DNA of 64,000 nucleotides from contig CAZLFP010000001.1 in assembly GCA_964558935.1 (NCBI GenBank), positions 5,299-69,298 of the forward strand, given 5' to 3'. Positions within the stretch are counted from its first letter, which is position 1, and every line of letters begins with the position of its first letter. Origin of the DNA: an uncultured Gammaproteobacteria bacterium. GTDB taxonomy: Bacteria; Patescibacteriota; Patescibacteriia; 2-01-FULL-39-33. Positions 20,697 to 30,479 of the stretch are shown here, in pieces. The position numbers and the translations under genes were made by a program. A model generated the notes under the pieces. That model was not told where the DNA came from. It ran no database searches and saw nothing but the letters and a program-made list of their open reading frames with translations.

Positions 20697-22394
20697 ATGG
20701 AAGATTTACAGATCGACAAAGTAACAGGCTTTGCTGAAACCAATTTCCGCAACCAGCGGAGAGCTTTTGGCATTAAGCGAGATGACAGGCGTCGTCATAT
20801 GTATATTATTGGTAAAACCGGTATGGGTAAAACCACACTATTGGAGAATATGGTTTTAGCTGATGTTATTAACGGTGAAGGTTGTTGTTACATTGATCCT
20901 CACGGAGATACTGCGGAAAAGATTTTAAATTTCATACCCAATAACCGAGTTAACGATGTTGTTTATTTTAATCCGGCCGATGTAAATTTTCCCATCGCTT
21001 TCAATATTTTGGAAGCAGTGGAAGAAAAAGATAAGCATTTAATTGCTTCTGGCTTAGTGGGCGTTTTTAAGAAGCAGTTTGCCGACAGCTGGGGACCTAG
21101 ATTGGAGTACATTTTGCGCAATGCCATTTTGGCTTTATTGGATTATCCCGGCAGTACTTTGTTAGGCATCATGCGGATTTTAGTGGATGATAAATACCGT
21201 AAAAAAGTGGTTGAAAAGATTAAAGATCCGGTTGTAAAATCTTTTTGGACCAATGAGTATACCAAATGGAATGAAAGAACCCTGCAAGAAGTCATTTCTC
21301 CCATTCAGAATAAGGTTGGACAATTTTTGTCTAATTTCTTAATTAGGAACATTGTTGGCCAGGTGAAATCCACCGTTAACATGCGAGAGATTATAGATAA
21401 CAAGAAGATTTTAATTATGAACTTGTCCAAAGGTAGAATTGGTGAAGACACTATGCAATTACTCGGCTCCATGATGGTGACCAAGTTGTATTTAGCTGCC
21501 ATGAGCCGGGTGGATATTCTGGAAAAAGAACGACAGGATTTTTTCTTGTATGTTGATGAGTTTCAAAATTTTGCGACTGACAGTTTTGCCGACATTCTAT
21601 CTGAAGCCAGAAAGTATCGCTTGAATTTAATTATTGCTCACCAGTTTATTGAACAACTGCCTGAAAATGTGGTAGCAGCAGTTTTTGGTAATGTGGGCAC
21701 TTTGATCAACTTTAGAGTTGGAGCTTCAGATGCCGAGACCTTGGTTAAAGAATTCTCTCCCGTTTTTACAGAAGAGGATTTGGTTAATTTGCCGGCTTTC
21801 AATATTTACCTCAAATTGATGATAGATGGTGTGGCTTCAGATCCTTTTTCCGCTGCCACTTTACCACCTTTATTTGATGAAATGGTGACTAACAATTTTG
21901 AAAAAGTGATTAAAGTTTCCAGAGAAAGATATGCACATCCTAGGACGGTAGTTGAAGACAAGATTAATCGTTGGTCAGCTATGGATTTAAGTGACAAGGT
22001 TATGCAGGCAACCGGTAACAGAGGAGATGGAAAGGGTCAAGCCGGTGGTCAAATCAAGAAAAAGAAAGTGGAAGACAAAAAGAATAAGACCATTAAAATC
22101 AATTGCTCATTATGTGGCAAAGAGGATTATGTCAATTTCCAGCCGGATCCTTCCAAACCCATTTACTGTGATGATTGTTATGAGCGAGTCAGAGAGAATC
22201 GACGAACCAAAAAAGATGATCGGAATGTTAATTTGGATCTAATTGAAAAGTCTGCTCAAAAAAAAGTTCAGAGTATTAAATTGGCAGCAGCTGTCAAACA
22301 AACACCGGTCAATTTCAAACCCACTCAACAACCCAAAAGAAGTAAACAAGCTCCGGTAAAAATAGATGAAGGTCAAGTTGTTAAAATGGATTAA
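20697..22394 (+). CDS. VirD4/TraG/HerA-like ATPase with C-terminal CxxC-x17-CxxC domain
   Basis: RRHMYIIGKTGMGKT, IDPHGD, LYVDEFQNF, EARKY; CSLC...CDDC. Confidence 0.9.
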   Translation: MEDLQIDKVTGFAETNFRNQRRAFGIKRDDRRRHMYIIGKTGMGKTTLLENMVLADVINGEGCCYIDPHGDTAEKILNFIPNNRVNDVVYFNPADVNFPIAFNILEAVEEKDKHLIASGLVGVFKKQFADSWGPRLEYILRNAILALLDYPGSTLLGIMRILVDDKYRKKVVEKIKDPVVKSFWTNEYTKWNERTLQEVISPIQNKVGQFLSNFLIRNIVGQVKSTVNMREIIDNKKILIMNLSKGRIGEDTMQLLGSMMVTKLYLAAMSRVDILEKERQDFFLYVDEFQNFATDSFADILSEARKYRLNLIIAHQFIEQLPENVVAAVFGNVGTLINFRVGASDAETLVKEFSPVFTEEDLVNLPAFNIYLKLMIDGVASDPFSAATLPPLFDEMVTNNFEKVIKVSRERYAHPRTVVEDKINRWSAMDLSDKVMQATGNRGDGKGQAGGQIKKKKVEDKKNKTIKINCSLCGKEDYVNFQPDPSKPIYCDDCYERVRENRRTKKDDRNVNLDLIEKSAQKKVQSIKLAAAVKQTPVNFKPTQQPKRSKQAPVKIDEGQVVKMD

Positions 22395-22417
22395 GACCCG
22401 CCTGAAGGGCGGGTTTT
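22395..22417 (+). terminator. Intrinsic terminator
   Basis: ACCCGCC/GGCGGGT plus T-run. Confidence 0.8.
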
Positions 22418-22456
22418 GTAATTGAAGAAAAAAATTAGAAGTGGTATAGTTGAAGT

Positions 22457-22969
22457 ATGCTTGAAATGATTATTTCAACTTTTTATTTATGTCTACCAGC
22501 TTATGTAGCCAATATGCTACCGGCCGTATGTTCGAGGTGGCATTGCTTTAGGTTTTTGGGCAAGCCGGTTCACGAGCGAGCATTCGGAGATCATAAGACT
22601 TGGCGAGGCCTGGTGGTCGGTACTATCGGGGGTATAATTGTAGCCGGTCTTCAGAGTTTAATTACAACCGGTTATGAAATTATAGATTATAATCAAACAT
22701 GGTGGCTATTTGGTTTCTTGGCTGGTTTAGGCGCAGTTCTAGGAGACTTAACTAAGAGTTATTTTAAGCGACGAATTGGCTTTAAACCCGGTGAACCTTG
22801 GCTGTTTTTTGATCAAGTGGATTACCTGGTGGGTTTTTTTTGCTTTACGTCCTTCATTGTGTATCCGACTTGGCAGTTAGTGGCCATCGGTTTGATTCTG
22901 AGCTTAATTTTACATCCTTTGGTTAATCTTGTAGCTTATTATTTAAAAATAAAAGCCGTGTGGTGGTAG
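22457..22969 (+). CDS. CDP-archaeol synthase-like (CarS/DUF46) cytidylyltransferase
   Basis: PAYVANMLP, FGDHKTWRG, GDLTKSYFKRR.G...G...FDQVD. Confidence 0.85.
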   Translation: MLEMIISTFYLCLPAYVANMLPAVCSRWHCFRFLGKPVHERAFGDHKTWRGLVVGTIGGIIVAGLQSLITTGYEIIDYNQTWWLFGFLAGLGAVLGDLTKSYFKRRIGFKPGEPWLFFDQVDYLVGFFCFTSFIVYPTWQLVAIGLILSLILHPLVNLVAYYLKIKAVWW

Positions 22970-22970
22970 T

Positions 22971-23858
22971 ATGGCCAAAAAAACAGCTTTAATCATCTAT
23001 AATCCGACTGCCGGATTGGACTCTAAATCACAAGTGGATGTTTTAATTGATCAAGAGCTTGCCAAGTTGGGTTTTGAGACGGATTGGTTTATTTTAGACC
23101 AGCACTTTGAGAAGAATATTCAGACCTATGATCTATTGCAAGTTAAATTAGTCGTGGCGGTTGGAGGAGATGGGACAGTGAAAGTAGCCGCTCGTTTAAT
23201 TCTGGATCAGGCTTTAGACGTACCCTTGGCCATTCTGCCCTTTGGCTCAGCCAATGTGGTAGCAGCGGAAATGGGTATTCCTTTCAAGCTAAAAGCGGCT
23301 TTAAAGGTATTGGCTCAATATCAGAAAACAAAAATTGATGTTGGTATAATTAACAACCGTTGGTACTTCTTGGTTGGTTTTTCTTTGGGTTATGTTTCGC
23401 AAATTGTGACCGGTACCACCATTGGACTTAAAAAACGCATGGGTTTTATTGGCTATATATTAAGTTTGTTTTTTAACAAATTCAAGATCCGTAAGTATAA
23501 ATTTCGGATTAGTAACGGTAAAAAAACATGGTGGTTACGAGGCAATAGTCTGGTGGTTTTCAACATGGTTAATTATTATGGGCTTAAACCCAAAAAAATT
23601 ATCAGTCCGACTGACGGTTTGCTAAATTTGTACGTCCTAACCAATAAAACATATTTGGAAATGATCAAGGCCTTTATCTATAGCTTGATCTTCAGTCGAG
23701 TTAAAAAACTAATCTATGACTTTGACAGTCGATATTTCAAGATCGATTTAAGATTTAAAACCAAAACCTGTCAGTTGGACGGAGATTATCTGGAATTGCC
23801 TAAAAGTTTAGAGGTTGTGGTTTTGCCAAAGAAATTAACAGTTATCAGTAATTTATGA
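22971..23858 (+). CDS. Diacylglycerol/lipid kinase family protein (YegS/DgkB-like)
   Basis: IYNPTAG, GGDGT, ILPFGSAN, QLDGD. Confidence 0.9.
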   Translation: MAKKTALIIYNPTAGLDSKSQVDVLIDQELAKLGFETDWFILDQHFEKNIQTYDLLQVKLVVAVGGDGTVKVAARLILDQALDVPLAILPFGSANVVAAEMGIPFKLKAALKVLAQYQKTKIDVGIINNRWYFLVGFSLGYVSQIVTGTTIGLKKRMGFIGYILSLFFNKFKIRKYKFRISNGKKTWWLRGNSLVVFNMVNYYGLKPKKIISPTDGLLNLYVLTNKTYLEMIKAFIYSLIFSRVKKLIYDFDSRYFKIDLRFKTKTCQLDGDYLELPKSLEVVVLPKKLTVISNL

Positions 23859-24901
23859 GTCGAGTAGCAGTCGCTTTAAGCGGAGGAGTAGATTCAGCAG
23901 TGGCAGCCGCCATCTTACAAGACCAAGGACACGAAATAACCGGTGTTTTTGTGGATTTTTGGCTGCCTCAGGAAATGATAAAGAACCAACAATGTACCAA
24001 CCGGCAAGCTTTTGGTCACGCTCAAGAAGTGGCTCGAGCTTTAGGCATTAAATTGGTAAGATTGAATTACAATCGTCAGTTTAAAGACCAGATTGTAAAT
24101 CAGTTCCTCTCAGCTTACCAAACAGGTAAAACACCCAATCCTTGCATTGCCTGTAACAGATTAATTAAGTTTGGTTTGTTGTTGGATCAGGTTAGAACGG
24201 ATTTACAGGCAGATTATTTGGCGACAGGTCATTATGTGCAAGTTAGGCGTTTGGGTAAACAGTATCAATTGCTGAGAGGTAAGGATAAGATTAAAGATCA
24301 ATCCTATTTTTTGTACAACCTGACGCCGGCTAAGTTAAAATATCTGTTGTTTCCGGTGGGAGCTTATACCAAAACTAATATCAGGCGATTAGCCCTTAAA
24401 TATGATTTGCCTGTCGCTCATAATCGAGAGAGTCAGGATATTTGTTTCATCACTTCCAGTACCAGTCAATTTCTCAGAGAATATCTGCATCTTAAGTCCG
24501 GACAGATTGTGGATCAGTCAGGAAGGATTTTGGGTCAGCACCAAGGACTTCCTCTGTATACCTTGGGTCAAAGAACCGGCCTTGGTTTGTCCGGCGGACC
24601 TTGGTATGTGGTTAAAATGGATCGGGCTAAGAACCAATTGATGGTGACACAAGATCAAACCAGTTTGCTTGAGACGGAATTGACTTGTCAGCGAGTTAAT
24701 TGGATTAATCAACCGAAATTACCTTTAAGTTGCAAGGGTCAAATCAGATACCGATCTCAAGCTAATTCCTGCCGAGTGACAAAGATCACTAGTCGTCAGT
24801 ACCGTGTGGTTTTTAAACAGGCTCAGAGAGCTATTATGCCCGGACAGTCCGTGGTTTTCTATGACAAGGAGGTTGTTTTGGGAGGCGGTGTTATCTGTTG
24901 A
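23855..24901 (+). CDS. mnmA: tRNA 2-thiouridylase
   Basis: SGGVDS, TPNPCIACN, ATGHY, KDQSYFL, SQDICF. Confidence 0.95.
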   Translation: MSRVAVALSGGVDSAVAAAILQDQGHEITGVFVDFWLPQEMIKNQQCTNRQAFGHAQEVARALGIKLVRLNYNRQFKDQIVNQFLSAYQTGKTPNPCIACNRLIKFGLLLDQVRTDLQADYLATGHYVQVRRLGKQYQLLRGKDKIKDQSYFLYNLTPAKLKYLLFPVGAYTKTNIRRLALKYDLPVAHNRESQDICFITSSTSQFLREYLHLKSGQIVDQSGRILGQHQGLPLYTLGQRTGLGLSGGPWYVVKMDRAKNQLMVTQDQTSLLETELTCQRVNWINQPKLPLSCKGQIRYRSQANSCRVTKITSRQYRVVFKQAQRAIMPGQSVVFYDKEVVLGGGVIC

Positions 24902-24947
24902 TTGCATTATTACCGCTATTTTGTTAAGATAATTTAGAAAAACAGCT

Positions 24948-26705
24948 ATGACTTCCAAAGAATTAAGACAAAAATATTTAAACTTTTTTGAAAAAAACGG
25001 ACACGCTGTTATTGCCGGTGCTTCTTTGTTGCCGGAAAACGATCCGACCGTTTTGTTCAATACTGCCGGCATGCAGCCCTTGGTCCCGTATCTTTTGGGT
25101 GAAAAACATCCGCAAGGAACCAGATTGGCAGATGTACAGAAGTGCATTCGGACCGGGGATATTGATGAAGTCGGGGACGGCTGGCATCTGACTTTTTTCC
25201 AAATGTTGGGTAATTGGTCTTTGGGCGATTACAACAAGCAGGAAGCCATTACTTTAAGTTTTAAGTTTTTAACTCAGGAATTGATGATTCCCTTAGATAA
25301 ACTGGCTTTCACTTGTTTTGAAGGTGAAGAGTCCAATAATATTCCCAAAGATGAGGAAGCTGCTCAGGTTTGGCAATCTTTAGGTGTTTCTCCGCTCAGA
25401 ATTAAGTTTTTGGGACGAGAAGACAATTGGTGGGGTCCGGCTGGACAAACCGGTCCGTGTGGTCCGGATACGGAAATGTTCTATTGGGCGTCGGATGAAC
25501 AAGCTCCGCATGAATTTGATCCACAAGACAAGAGGTGGGTTGAAATCTGGAATGATGTATTTATGCAGTACAACAAAACCAAAGAAGGTAAGTATGAAGT
25601 TTTAGAGCAGCAGAATGTGGATACCGGTATGGGTTTGGAAAGAGTAGTGGCGATTTTAAAAGGACATCAAGCTGTGTATGCAATTGAGCCTTTTATTACG
25701 ATTATTAACCAGATATGTGCTTTGTTTGATGCTTCACCTGAAATTTTAGGTCCTGACCAGGAAAAAGCAGTTAGAATTATTGCCGATCATTTAAGAGCTG
25801 CCACCTTTATCTTAGCCGAAGGTGTAGAACCGTCTAATGTGGATCAGGGATATGTTTTAAGGAAGTTGATTAGACGAGCGATTAGATATGGTAATCAGTT
25901 GGGAATTAAAGAATCTTTTACTCATAAAATAGCTGAAGTGGTAATTGCGGAAATGGGTGGCTTTTACTCTGAACTGCGATCTCAAAGAGACTATATTATA
26001 GACCAATTAAACAAGGAGGAAGATAAGTTTGGTAAGACCTTGGAAAAAGGTTTGTCTCAATTTGATAAAATGTCAGCGGAAGATATTTCCGGTGCTCAAG
26101 CTTTTAAGCTGTTCGCCACCTATGGTTTTCCTTTGGAAATGACCAAGGATTTGGCGCGGGAAAAGGGGATTGGAGTGGATGAAGAGGCTTTTAATCTTGA
26201 ATTTAAGAAGCATCAAGAGACTTCCAGACAGGGAGCGGAAAAGAAATTTAAGGGTGGTTTGGCGGATAACAGTGATTTATCTGCTAAAATGCACACGGCC
26301 ACTCATCTGATGCTGGCAGCTTTAAGGCAGGTACTGGGAGATCATGTTTACCAAAAAGGTTCAAATATTACGCCCGACAGAATACGTTTCGATTTTTCCC
26401 ATCCGGATAAATTAACGGATGAACAAAAGCAGAAAGTGGAAGAATTGGTTAACGAACAGATAGAGAAAAAGTTACCAATTGAAATGCAGGAGATGACTTT
26501 GGAAGAAGCAAAGAACAAAGGGGCGATGGGTATTTTTGAACATAAATATGGAGATAAAGTTAAAGTTTACAAAATAGGAGATTTTTCCATGGAAATTTGC
26601 GGTGGTCCGCATGCGGTCAATACCGGCGATTTGGGGCATTTTATGATTAAGAAGGAAGAATCTTCCAGTTCCGGGGTAAGGAGAATCAAAGCGATCTTGG
26701 AATAA
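24948..26705 (+). CDS. alaS: Alanine--tRNA ligase (short form lacking C-Ala domain)
   Basis: LFNTAGMQP, GPCGPDTE, DTGMGLER, HTATH...CGGPH; ends just after the editing domain. Confidence 0.95.
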   Translation: MTSKELRQKYLNFFEKNGHAVIAGASLLPENDPTVLFNTAGMQPLVPYLLGEKHPQGTRLADVQKCIRTGDIDEVGDGWHLTFFQMLGNWSLGDYNKQEAITLSFKFLTQELMIPLDKLAFTCFEGEESNNIPKDEEAAQVWQSLGVSPLRIKFLGREDNWWGPAGQTGPCGPDTEMFYWASDEQAPHEFDPQDKRWVEIWNDVFMQYNKTKEGKYEVLEQQNVDTGMGLERVVAILKGHQAVYAIEPFITIINQICALFDASPEILGPDQEKAVRIIADHLRAATFILAEGVEPSNVDQGYVLRKLIRRAIRYGNQLGIKESFTHKIAEVVIAEMGGFYSELRSQRDYIIDQLNKEEDKFGKTLEKGLSQFDKMSAEDISGAQAFKLFATYGFPLEMTKDLAREKGIGVDEEAFNLEFKKHQETSRQGAEKKFKGGLADNSDLSAKMHTATHLMLAALRQVLGDHVYQKGSNITPDRIRFDFSHPDKLTDEQKQKVEELVNEQIEKKLPIEMQEMTLEEAKNKGAMGIFEHKYGDKVKVYKIGDFSMEICGGPHAVNTGDLGHFMIKKEESSSSGVRRIKAILE

Positions 26706-26800
26706 TTGCCATCATAATTAACAGGTTGACAAAAAAGTCAATCTGTTTTAGTATACAACCAGCTTGTTTTGGGTTACCAACAAACTCGGAGGACTTAGTC

Positions 26801-27121
26801 ATGGGTCAAGTTGAGTATTACTTATTGGCAGTTCAGCTTTTTCCGGGTCAACCACGTGGTGGTGCCTGTTTTTACGCTACCAATGCCAATGAAGCGATTT
26901 TTTGGCTGGCTTCGCCATTTGCAGAAGATCCTCAACTTAAGCAGGTCAACATCCAAGCCATTCTGGAGGGAACTGACCAGGCGTACCCGTATTACCAGGA
27001 TATGCGTGAATCAGATGGCATGGGTCGTTTTTTTGGCAGCTTAACCAGTCTAAAGAAAGGATTGGTTGATATTTTCAGTCAGCACGTGGCTCAGAGTAAC
27101 TGTCACCAGACGACTGGCTAG
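26801..27121 (+). CDS. Orphan hypothetical protein; start 26801
   Basis: TTGACA(26726)-17-TAGTAT; SD GGAGGA at 26788. Confidence 0.7.
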   Translation: MGQVEYYLLAVQLFPGQPRGGACFYATNANEAIFWLASPFAEDPQLKQVNIQAILEGTDQAYPYYQDMRESDGMGRFFGSLTSLKKGLVDIFSQHVAQSNCHQTTG

Positions 27122-27187
27122 TCTTTTTGACAATTTGGATTGATTTGGATATAATAGACTGGTTTGCAGCTTAGAAAGGAGGGCAGC

Positions 27188-27480
27188 ATGTACCAGTTGA
27201 AGGCATTTTGGCAGGATAATTGTCAGAGGGTAAAGCCTCATGTATCATCTGTATGCCAAATGGCGAATTAAGATGGCTATGTGATCCCTTTACCTCAGAC
27301 CAGACAGGAGTCATTATGCAACCAAAGGAGTTGGAAGCAGCGATTAAACAAGACGGCTACCAAGTAATTGAGGGTAAACAGTTTAAGTTTACCTGCTTGG
27401 CAGATGCTGTGGACATGGTCGAAAGACTCAAAGAAAAGCAGATTGCGGACAATGGTTGCAACCATGTCAAATCTGCATAA
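27188..27480 (+). pseudogene. Frameshifted orphan gene, probable paralog of 26801-27121
   Basis: TTGACA(27127)-17-TATAAT; SD AGGAGGG; the frame from ATG 27188 stops at 27271 but one extra base near 27220 joins it to the frame ending at 27480. Confidence 0.55.
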
Positions 27481-27493
27481 ACAGCCATCATTT

Positions 27494-27530
27494 AGACGTT
27501 GGTCGACAATACAACCAACGTCTTTATTTT
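27494..27530 (+). terminator. Intrinsic terminator closing the orphan pair
   Basis: AGACGTTGGT/ACCAACGTCT plus TTATTTT. Confidence 0.7.
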
Positions 27531-27542
27531 CCCTAAATTTAG

Positions 27543-27609
27543 TTGACAAATTATCCAAGATTAGATAAGATAACTATATTATTGACAAATAAGCCAAAAC
27601 TGCTATACT
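27543..27609 (+). promoter_or_regulatory. Tandem sigma70 promoters of the infA-rpsI operon
   Basis: TTGACA(27543)-17-TAAGAT and TTGACA(27582)-16-TATACT. Confidence 0.7.
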
Positions 27610-27723
27610 AGGCTTATCCAATAAACAAGTGAATATTGGTATAAATAAGGTAAATTTCTGGGATAGCCACCAGCTATATTGGCTACCAGAAGTTTTATTT
27701 ATCTCTATTTATTAAAATAATCA

Positions 27724-27963
27724 ATGACAGATCAAAACAACCAAGCACCAAATTCCAAAGATTTTCTAGAAGTAGATGGTGAGGTCATAGAGCTCTTGCC
27801 ATCAGCCAAGTTTAAGGTTAAACTAGATAACGGGCCTGAGATTTTGGCTCATCTGTCAGGTAGAATGAGAATGTTCAATATTAAAATTCTACCTGGGGAT
27901 CGAGTTAAGGTTCAGATGACTCCGTATGATTTAACTAAAGGCAGAATTACTTATCGCTATTAA
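27724..27963 (+). CDS. infA: Translation initiation factor IF-1
   Basis: [28 protein letters not shown]. Confidence 0.97.
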   Translation: MTDQNNQAPNSKDFLEVDGEVIELLPSAKFKVKLDNGPEILAHLSGRMRMFNIKILPGDRVKVQMTPYDLTKGRITYRY

Positions 27964-27965
27964 TT

Positions 27966-28079
27966 ATGAAAGTTAGAGCGTCAGTTAAAAAAATATGTAA
28001 AGATTGCCAGGTAATCCGCCGAAAAAAGCGGTTGGTTGTGATTTGTAAAAATCCAAAACATAAACAAAGACAAGGTTAA
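27966..28079 (+). CDS. rpmJ: 50S ribosomal protein L36 (not in ORF track)
   Basis: Translates to [37 protein letters not shown]. Confidence 0.97.
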   Translation: MKVRASVKKICKDCQVIRRKKRLVVICKNPKHKQRQG

Positions 28080-28083
28080 GTAT

Positions 28084-28476
28084 ATGGCTATTAGAATCGC
28101 AGGTGTTAATTTACCAAATGAAAAACGGGTTGAAATTGCTTTAACCTATATCTATGGCATTGGCAAGAATTTGTCTCAAAAGATTTTGATTACCGCTCAA
28201 ATAGAGCCTAATATTAGAGTTAAAGATTTAAGTGAAGATCAGGCGAACACTTTGAGAACCATAGTTGAAAAGCAATATCGGGTAGAAGGTGATTTGAAAA
28301 GAGAAGTGATTGGCAATATTAAAAGGTTGAAAGAAATTAAATCATATCGTGGCAGTCGCCATGCTAAGAATCTACCGGCTCGAGGCCAAAGAACCAAGAC
28401 TAACACCCGAACAGTTCGGGGCAATGTTAGAAAAACCATGGGTTCTGGTAGAAAAGATGCTGGTCAAAAGACTTAA
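28084..28476 (+). CDS. rpsM: 30S ribosomal protein S13
   Basis: [25 protein letters not shown]. Confidence 0.97.
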   Translation: MAIRIAGVNLPNEKRVEIALTYIYGIGKNLSQKILITAQIEPNIRVKDLSEDQANTLRTIVEKQYRVEGDLKREVIGNIKRLKEIKSYRGSRHAKNLPARGQRTKTNTRTVRGNVRKTMGSGRKDAGQKT

Positions 28477-28482
28477 TAATTT

Positions 28483-28956
28483 ATGTCAGAAGAAACAACA
28501 ACTCAAGCCAAGGTGGCAGAACCGACAGCTGTATCAGCGTCAACTGAGGCTGGCACTCCTGAAAAGACTGTTAAAACCAAGAAACGAAAAGGCAAAGCTG
28601 CAAGCCGTCAGGTTAGTTCTGGAAGAGCGTATATTAAATCCACCTATAACAATACAATTGTGACTTTTACTGATCAAAATGGCAATGTTTTAAGCTGGTC
28701 TTCAGCTGGTCAATGTGGGTTTAAGGGTCCTAAAAAATCCACTCCTTATGCTGCTTCTGTGATTGTAAAAGATGCGGCTGACAAGGTTAAAAAATATGGC
28801 CTTAAAGAAGTGGCTGTGTATGTTAAAGGCGTGGGTGGTGGACGCGAGGCAGCAGTTAGAGCTTTAAATGCCAATAATTTAATCGTAGCAGGCATTAAAG
28901 ATGTCACCCCAATTCCTCATAATGGTTGCAGACCTCGCAAATCAAGACGAGTTTAA
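28483..28956 (+). CDS. rpsK: 30S ribosomal protein S11
   Basis: STYNNTIVT, GFKG.KKSTPYAA, DVTPIPHNGCR. Confidence 0.97.
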   Translation: MSEETTTQAKVAEPTAVSASTEAGTPEKTVKTKKRKGKAASRQVSSGRAYIKSTYNNTIVTFTDQNGNVLSWSSAGQCGFKGPKKSTPYAASVIVKDAADKVKKYGLKEVAVYVKGVGGGREAAVRALNANNLIVAGIKDVTPIPHNGCRPRKSRRV

Positions 28957-28980
28957 TTCATAGACTAGATATTTAGATAT

Positions 28981-29613
28981 ATGTCCAATGTAGATGCACA
29001 ATGCAGACAATGTCGAAGAGCAGGTGAAAAGCTGTTTCTTAAGGGTGAGAAATGTCATTCACCGAAATGTCCTATGGTGCAAAGAAACTTTCCTCCCGGA
29101 GTTCATGGTGTTAAAGGACCAAAAAGGTTAACCAATTATGGTCGGCAATTGGCTGAAAAGCAGAAAACCAAGCGAATGTATGGTTTAAGGGAAAAGCAAT
29201 TCCGAACCTATTTTGAAAATGCCTTGAAAAAAGTTGGCAACACCAGTGAAAACTTTTTCCAGATTCTAGAATCTAGATTAGATAATACAGTGTATAGATT
29301 AGGCTTTGGTACATCCAGAACTCAAGCAAGACAGTTGGTTAATCATGGACATTTCAGAGTCAACGGTAAGAAAGTAGATATTCCTTCTTACCAAGTTAAG
29401 ATCGGAGATGTAATTAGCTTAAGACCATCCAGTGCGAAATCCAGCTTGTTTGAAGGTTTGGATCAAAAATTAGCTGACAAGAATAAAGATTTAGTGCCTT
29501 GGCTGACTTTAGACACGGCTAGCTTGGAAGGTAAGATGACTGCCAAGCCGAAATTGGGTGATGTGGCGGTGAATATAGATTGGCAAATGATCGTTGAGTT
29601 CTATTCTAAATAA
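28981..29613 (+). CDS. rpsD: 30S ribosomal protein S4 (Zn-binding type)
   Basis: CRQCRR, LESRLDN, ARQLVNHGH, IVEFYS. Confidence 0.97.
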   Translation: MSNVDAQCRQCRRAGEKLFLKGEKCHSPKCPMVQRNFPPGVHGVKGPKRLTNYGRQLAEKQKTKRMYGLREKQFRTYFENALKKVGNTSENFFQILESRLDNTVYRLGFGTSRTQARQLVNHGHFRVNGKKVDIPSYQVKIGDVISLRPSSAKSSLFEGLDQKLADKNKDLVPWLTLDTASLEGKMTAKPKLGDVAVNIDWQMIVEFYSK

Positions 29614-29659
29614 TCATCTTAAATATATTTAACTTATTATCTTAGGAGGAAACATTTTT

Positions 29660-30472
29660 ATGAAACACATTCCTTTACCACAAAAGTTTACCGTCAACGA
29701 AACTGAAAAGGGCAAAAAAGCTCAAGTCGTTATTGAACCAATATTTCCTGGTTATGGTTTAACTTTAGGTAATGCCTTAAGACGAGTTATTCTGTCATCG
29801 CTGCCAGGCGGAGCCATTACTGCAGTCAAAATTGCCGGCATCAGTCACGAATTTACAGCTATGGAAAACGTGAGCGATGATGTGGTAGATATAATTCTTA
29901 ATCTCAAGAAATTAAGATTCAAAGTCAATACAGAAGAGCCGGTCAATCTGCATTTGAAAGCCACTGGTCAGAAAAAGATTACTGGAGCAGATATTGAAGC
30001 GAATCCTGATGCTGAAGTCATTAACAAAGATTTAGTCATTACCAGTTTAAATGACAAAGAAGGTAAAGTAGACATGGAATTGACGGTGATGAAGGGTGTG
30101 GGTTATTCGCCGGTGGAAGAAAGAGAAGATCAAGGACAAGCAGAGATCGGAAAAATTGCCATCGATGCCATCTTTACTCCGGTTGTAAATGTCGGTTTAA
30201 ATGTGGATTCCACTCGTGTTGGTCAAAAAACAGACTATGACAAGATAGTTATGGATATTGAAACAGATGGCACCATTTCTCCGGAAGAAGCTGTTCAAAA
30301 AGCAGCTGAAATACTGGTTAACCAGTTTTCCTGGATTATTGCCGGCAAGCGGGAAGAGTTAGAACCGGTCAAATTGGAAGCTCCGGTTGAAGTGCCAGAA
30401 ATTGAAGCAGTCACCTCAGAAGAAGTCGAGACAGCAGAAGAAGATAATAAACAAGAAGAATCAGCAGAATAA
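29660..30472 (+). CDS. rpoA: RNA polymerase alpha subunit (no alpha-CTD)
   Basis: GYGLTLGNALRRVILSS, IDAIFTPV, RVGQKTDYD; ends in an acidic tail. Confidence 0.95.
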   Translation: MKHIPLPQKFTVNETEKGKKAQVVIEPIFPGYGLTLGNALRRVILSSLPGGAITAVKIAGISHEFTAMENVSDDVVDIILNLKKLRFKVNTEEPVNLHLKATGQKKITGADIEANPDAEVINKDLVITSLNDKEGKVDMELTVMKGVGYSPVEEREDQGQAEIGKIAIDAIFTPVVNVGLNVDSTRVGQKTDYDKIVMDIETDGTISPEEAVQKAAEILVNQFSWIIAGKREELEPVKLEAPVEVPEIEAVTSEEVETAEEDNKQEESAE

Positions 30473-30479
30473 AATAAGT

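Noticed and set aside
20697-22394. Conjugative element
   Set aside because: No relaxase, virB genes, integrase or att sites nearby; flanked by core genes
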